From Promethearchaeota archaeon (GTDB lineage Archaea > Asgardarchaeota > Lokiarchaeia > Sigyniarchaeales > SOKP01): a stretch of DNA of 64,000 bases. Both the position numbers and the translations under genes were made by a program. Below, in pieces: positions 60,737 to 64,000 of this stretch. The stretch lies in the NCBI GenBank assembly GCA_016840085.1, contig JAEOTA010000019.1, positions 1 through 64,000 on the forward strand. Reading direction: 5' to 3'. A model generated the notes under the pieces. The model made no database searches, was not told where the DNA came from, and saw only the letters and a program-made list of their open reading frames with translations. Position 1 is the stretch's first letter; each line of letters opens with the position of its first letter.

Positions 60737-62329
60737 TTATTTAGAAACTAGCTTGTCCTGTCCATCTGTTAGCCAATCAATATCCACTTTTATTAAAGTT
60801 ATAGATTCACGCAAATCGTACTTCCCAGCTTCAAACAATATGCAGATGGTATAATCTGATAAGATTGTAATGGAAGAATAGGCTGAAGGTCCTGCATAGA
60901 CCTGTTTCGAAACATTCCATGTTTCTCCCTCATCATAACTCATCCTGAGAGTAAAATGTCCTCGAGAAAAGAAATTAGGGTTAGAAAATAACACTCGAGA
61001 TCGCATATGAGTAGATGTATTTGTGAAGCGGAATACGGATGCTTGAGTGCCAGCTTCAGGAAGATCTTTTGCATAATAATACGATTCCCATGCTTCTCCG
61101 CCATTATAACTCCAAGCTATTAATCTGTTTCCACCTCGACCAACACGACAATTAATAACCAGCGACCCATTTAAACTTTCAAATACTTGTGGTTCTTCAC
61201 CTTCTCCAACATAAGCTCCTTTTTGCCAAGTAATTCCATTATCATCACTAAAAACAACACAAGCACCTCCGATATTCGCTGGAATAATTAATCGACCATT
61301 TGACATTTGAATTCCATTACCTGGCCCTGTTGCGCAGTATAATCCTTCGGAATCTAACTCTTGTGTAAGTTCTCTAGGCTCTGACCATGTAATTCCAAGA
61401 TCAGTACTACTCATAATAAAAATCCGCTTATAATCTACACAGAACGGTAAAAATAGTGTTTGAGTATCATTATCGAATATAGGACAAGGATTATGCACCG
61501 TATGTTCTCCTCTATTTTGTAAAACCTGCAAATCTCCCCATGTCTCACCTCCATCAAAGCTTCTCTTCATTACAATGTCTATATCTCCCCAATCTGCCAT
61601 CGCATCCCACCGAGATTCACAAAATGCCAACATGATATCATTAGGCAATACAATTAAAGCAGGAATTCGATACCCACGACCTATCTGATTTCCTACAAAT
61701 ATCTTTTGACGCTGAACACCACTAGCCCATTGTGGATTCCAAAATGCCATTATAACTCCAAATGAACCAAACACAAATAGAAACACAATTCCTGATACAG
61801 TTAAACCTCTCATCAACCGAGCTTCCCTCTTAAATCGAAATTTTTCCAAAAATAATTTGATGCTACCGATTATAAGAAGAGCAGCATATCCAAAAAAAGG
61901 AATACCAAGAATTACGATTAGAATGATGGGTATAGCTTCTGCTGACCCTAAATAAAGTAATCTAAAAATAAAAAAAAGCACAATACCTACAAATATATTC
62001 CATATCGCCCAAAATAATAACCAAGCTAATCTGGCATTTTTATTCGAGATTTTTTCAATTAATAACCCTCGTAATCTGTCTGATCTTTTACTTAATACAG
62101 CCATAATCACACTATATATTGTTCCACCAATTAATAACGCAGTAAACACATATAATATCCACTCATTCTCAGCAACGATTAAAAATTCACCTCCAAACAT
62201 CATAATAAAAATAAAAGCCACGCCACCTAATAAAACAGCAAAAATTGTTAGTAGAATTCCTAAATAAATGTCCCATTTATAAGTTTTAGTTAAAATTTGA
62301 TTGTGTGTTTTTTGTTCTTCTTTATCCAT
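60737..62329 (-). CDS. Multi-TM-anchored sialidase (GH33)
   Basis: About 5 TM helices, then YRIP, SxDxGxTW Asp-boxes, GPG, EEPQ, SAYS. Confidence 0.88.
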   Translation of the reverse strand: MDKEEQKTHNQILTKTYKWDIYLGILLTIFAVLLGGVAFIFIMMFGGEFLIVAENEWILYVFTALLIGGTIYSVIMAVLSKRSDRLRGLLIEKISNKNARLAWLLFWAIWNIFVGIVLFFIFRLLYLGSAEAIPIILIVILGIPFFGYAALLIIGSIKLFLEKFRFKREARLMRGLTVSGIVFLFVFGSFGVIMAFWNPQWASGVQRQKIFVGNQIGRGYRIPALIVLPNDIMLAFCESRWDAMADWGDIDIVMKRSFDGGETWGDLQVLQNRGEHTVHNPCPIFDNDTQTLFLPFCVDYKRIFIMSSTDLGITWSEPRELTQELDSEGLYCATGPGNGIQMSNGRLIIPANIGGACVVFSDDNGITWQKGAYVGEGEEPQVFESLNGSLVINCRVGRGGNRLIAWSYNGGEAWESYYYAKDLPEAGTQASVFRFTNTSTHMRSRVLFSNPNFFSRGHFTLRMSYDEGETWNVSKQVYAGPSAYSSITILSDYTICILFEAGKYDLRESITLIKVDIDWLTDGQDKLVSK

Positions 62330-62622
62330 TAATTTAATCCTCTCTAGTTTATCAATATGAAAGTTGATTCATTATTATTTAATATTCACACTACACATTT
62401 AAAAAGATAATTTTTATGTAAAGTTATTGATTATCTTAAGAATATTTTCTATTCTTAATTTCTCCCTTATCTCTTCATCTAAAATATCCACACCTGTAAT
62501 CATTTTCATTCATATATCACCTTCCAATCAATTTTTGACAAAAATGTGCATTTATATATTTATATTTTTTTATCAATACTTGGAAGGACAAGTCATAAAA
62601 AAAGGGACGAATTAGTATAAAA

Positions 62623-63702
62623 ATGGGATTATTTAAGAAAAGGAGAGAAAAGCCAGATAAGATATTTAAGATAAATGATTTAGTGGACTTAAGATTAATA
62701 AATAACAAGACTCATATCTATATCAAGAATAAACCATTCATTATTTGTGCCCATTTACTAATAAATATTCCAGTTGAGAGTATTCACAGTTATGATGATA
62801 TTAAATCAATTGATGAGACTATAGAATTATTTAAATCAAAGGAGAGAGTCCAATATATGATATCTCCAGAAGAAGAATTCATGGGACATTGTTCAAACAT
62901 TCAGGCATTTTTCGAGAACGGATTAAATACAGACATTTTGCATACAAATATAGCATTTCCGTTATTACAAAAATTAGTAGAACTGAAATTCGAACCAGCC
63001 CGAAGAGTCTTCAAGGAAGAAATAGTAATAAGATTTAATAAGGGCACTAAAAGTTCAAGATTTTTCTTAAGTTCAGAAGGATATCTCGATCATCTTAATG
63101 GAGAAGAGAAACAGGCATTGAGAGGTTATAAACCTACTTGGTTTCAAAGAAGGGTCTCTCCTGATTTTATGTTAAAAATAGTTATTTTAGGTGATGATAA
63201 TGTGGGAAGATCAACTTTAGTACTCGACTATTTAAACTCACGGGGTTACAATCCTCGTGCCCCTATTGGAGTAAATTTTGCCACAAAAGACATAGTATTA
63301 AATAACCATAGTGTTAGATTACAGATTTGGTTTCTTTCTAATCTTAAACTATACGAAAAGCTTTTTAAATTTTATTTATCTGGAACGTTAGGAGCAATAA
63401 TAATGTATGATATCACTAACATCAATTCTATGAATAGTGTCCCTAAATGGATTCACACTATTAGAGCAAATAAATGGGTTCAATCCAGAGGAGATATTCC
63501 GATACTCTTGGTAGGGAATAAATTTGATTTAAAAGAAAACCGAGTAGTATCCAAAGAAGAGGGAATCAAAATCAAAAATAAATTCAATCTAACAGGTTGT
63601 ATGGAAATTTCTTTGAGAACAGGAAAAAATGTTGCTGAGATGTTTGATGAGATTACGAAGCTGATACATTTGCATCAAATTTTGTATATATATAAATACT
63701 AA
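62623..63702 (+). CDS. N-terminal Lokiarchaeal-type domain fused to a degenerate Rab-like GTPase
   Basis: PEEEFMGHCSNIQA...LHTNIAFPLL; GDDNVGRST, PIGVNF, WFLSN, GNKFD. Confidence 0.8.
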   Translation: MGLFKKRREKPDKIFKINDLVDLRLINNKTHIYIKNKPFIICAHLLINIPVESIHSYDDIKSIDETIELFKSKERVQYMISPEEEFMGHCSNIQAFFENGLNTDILHTNIAFPLLQKLVELKFEPARRVFKEEIVIRFNKGTKSSRFFLSSEGYLDHLNGEEKQALRGYKPTWFQRRVSPDFMLKIVILGDDNVGRSTLVLDYLNSRGYNPRAPIGVNFATKDIVLNNHSVRLQIWFLSNLKLYEKLFKFYLSGTLGAIIMYDITNINSMNSVPKWIHTIRANKWVQSRGDIPILLVGNKFDLKENRVVSKEEGIKIKNKFNLTGCMEISLRTGKNVAEMFDEITKLIHLHQILYIYKY

Positions 63703-63761
63703 TATCTATAAAAAACGGACATTACATTAATTATGATTGGTATTTATGTACTATTTTTATT

Positions 63762-64000
63762 TCAAATCTTCTCTTTTTCTATATTACTTATATCAATTCC
63801 AAGTTGATACGCTTCTTCTAATTGATCTTGGCACATATTAATTGGAATATCTTTTTGTTCGTCTTTATTATAGGTACAGCATATAATTATGAATAATTTG
63901 ATGTTAAAAAATGGCGCTATCCGTTCAAAAAATGCAACTGTTGATTCACAGTGATGGCGATAAGTAATTATGACTACAAATGTTTTGTTTCCAAAATCCT
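63762..64000 (-). CDS. 3' end of a gene, possibly flavodoxin/FMN reductase family; partial
   Basis: Open frame DFGNKTFVVIITY...LEEAYQLGIDI, stop TGA 63764-63762. Confidence 0.55.
   Translation of the reverse strand, partial: DFGNKTFVVIITYRHHCESTVAFFERIAPFFNIKLFIIICCTYNKDEQKDIPINMCQDQLEEAYQLGIDISNIEKEKI

Overview
AT-rich archaeal DNA, most likely from a Lokiarchaeia (Asgard) genome. This is inferred from IPG[FY]N-TM-basic (Loki-CTERM-like) tails, three Rab-like small GTPases, longin-like domains and V4R-type proteins. No rRNA, tRNA, CRISPR array or transposase was seen. The window is a patchwork of single accessory genes for lipid, redox and hydrolytic metabolism, plus an AOR-MoaD-ferredoxin operon, msrA/msrB and a VapBC pair. 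Highlights: (1) a peroxiredoxin-like gene with an in-frame TGA in a UxxC motif (probable selenoprotein) followed by a structured 3'UTR; (2) a membrane-anchored caspase-family protease with a CUB-like domain inserted between its catalytic His and Cys, TSP3-like repeats and a cytoplasmic Zn ribbon, abutting a 2-TM Zn-binding gene; (3) a cluster of TM-longin, soluble longin, Rab-like GTPase, HTH-V4R and a large repeat surface protein; (4) several otherwise intact genes that appear to start at ATT/ATC behind SD-like motifs and are missed or mis-started by the ORF track; (5) many intergenic gene relics, mostly 3' ends, with full-length paralogs elsewhere in the window. All family assignments come from motif recognition by eye, not from database searches.
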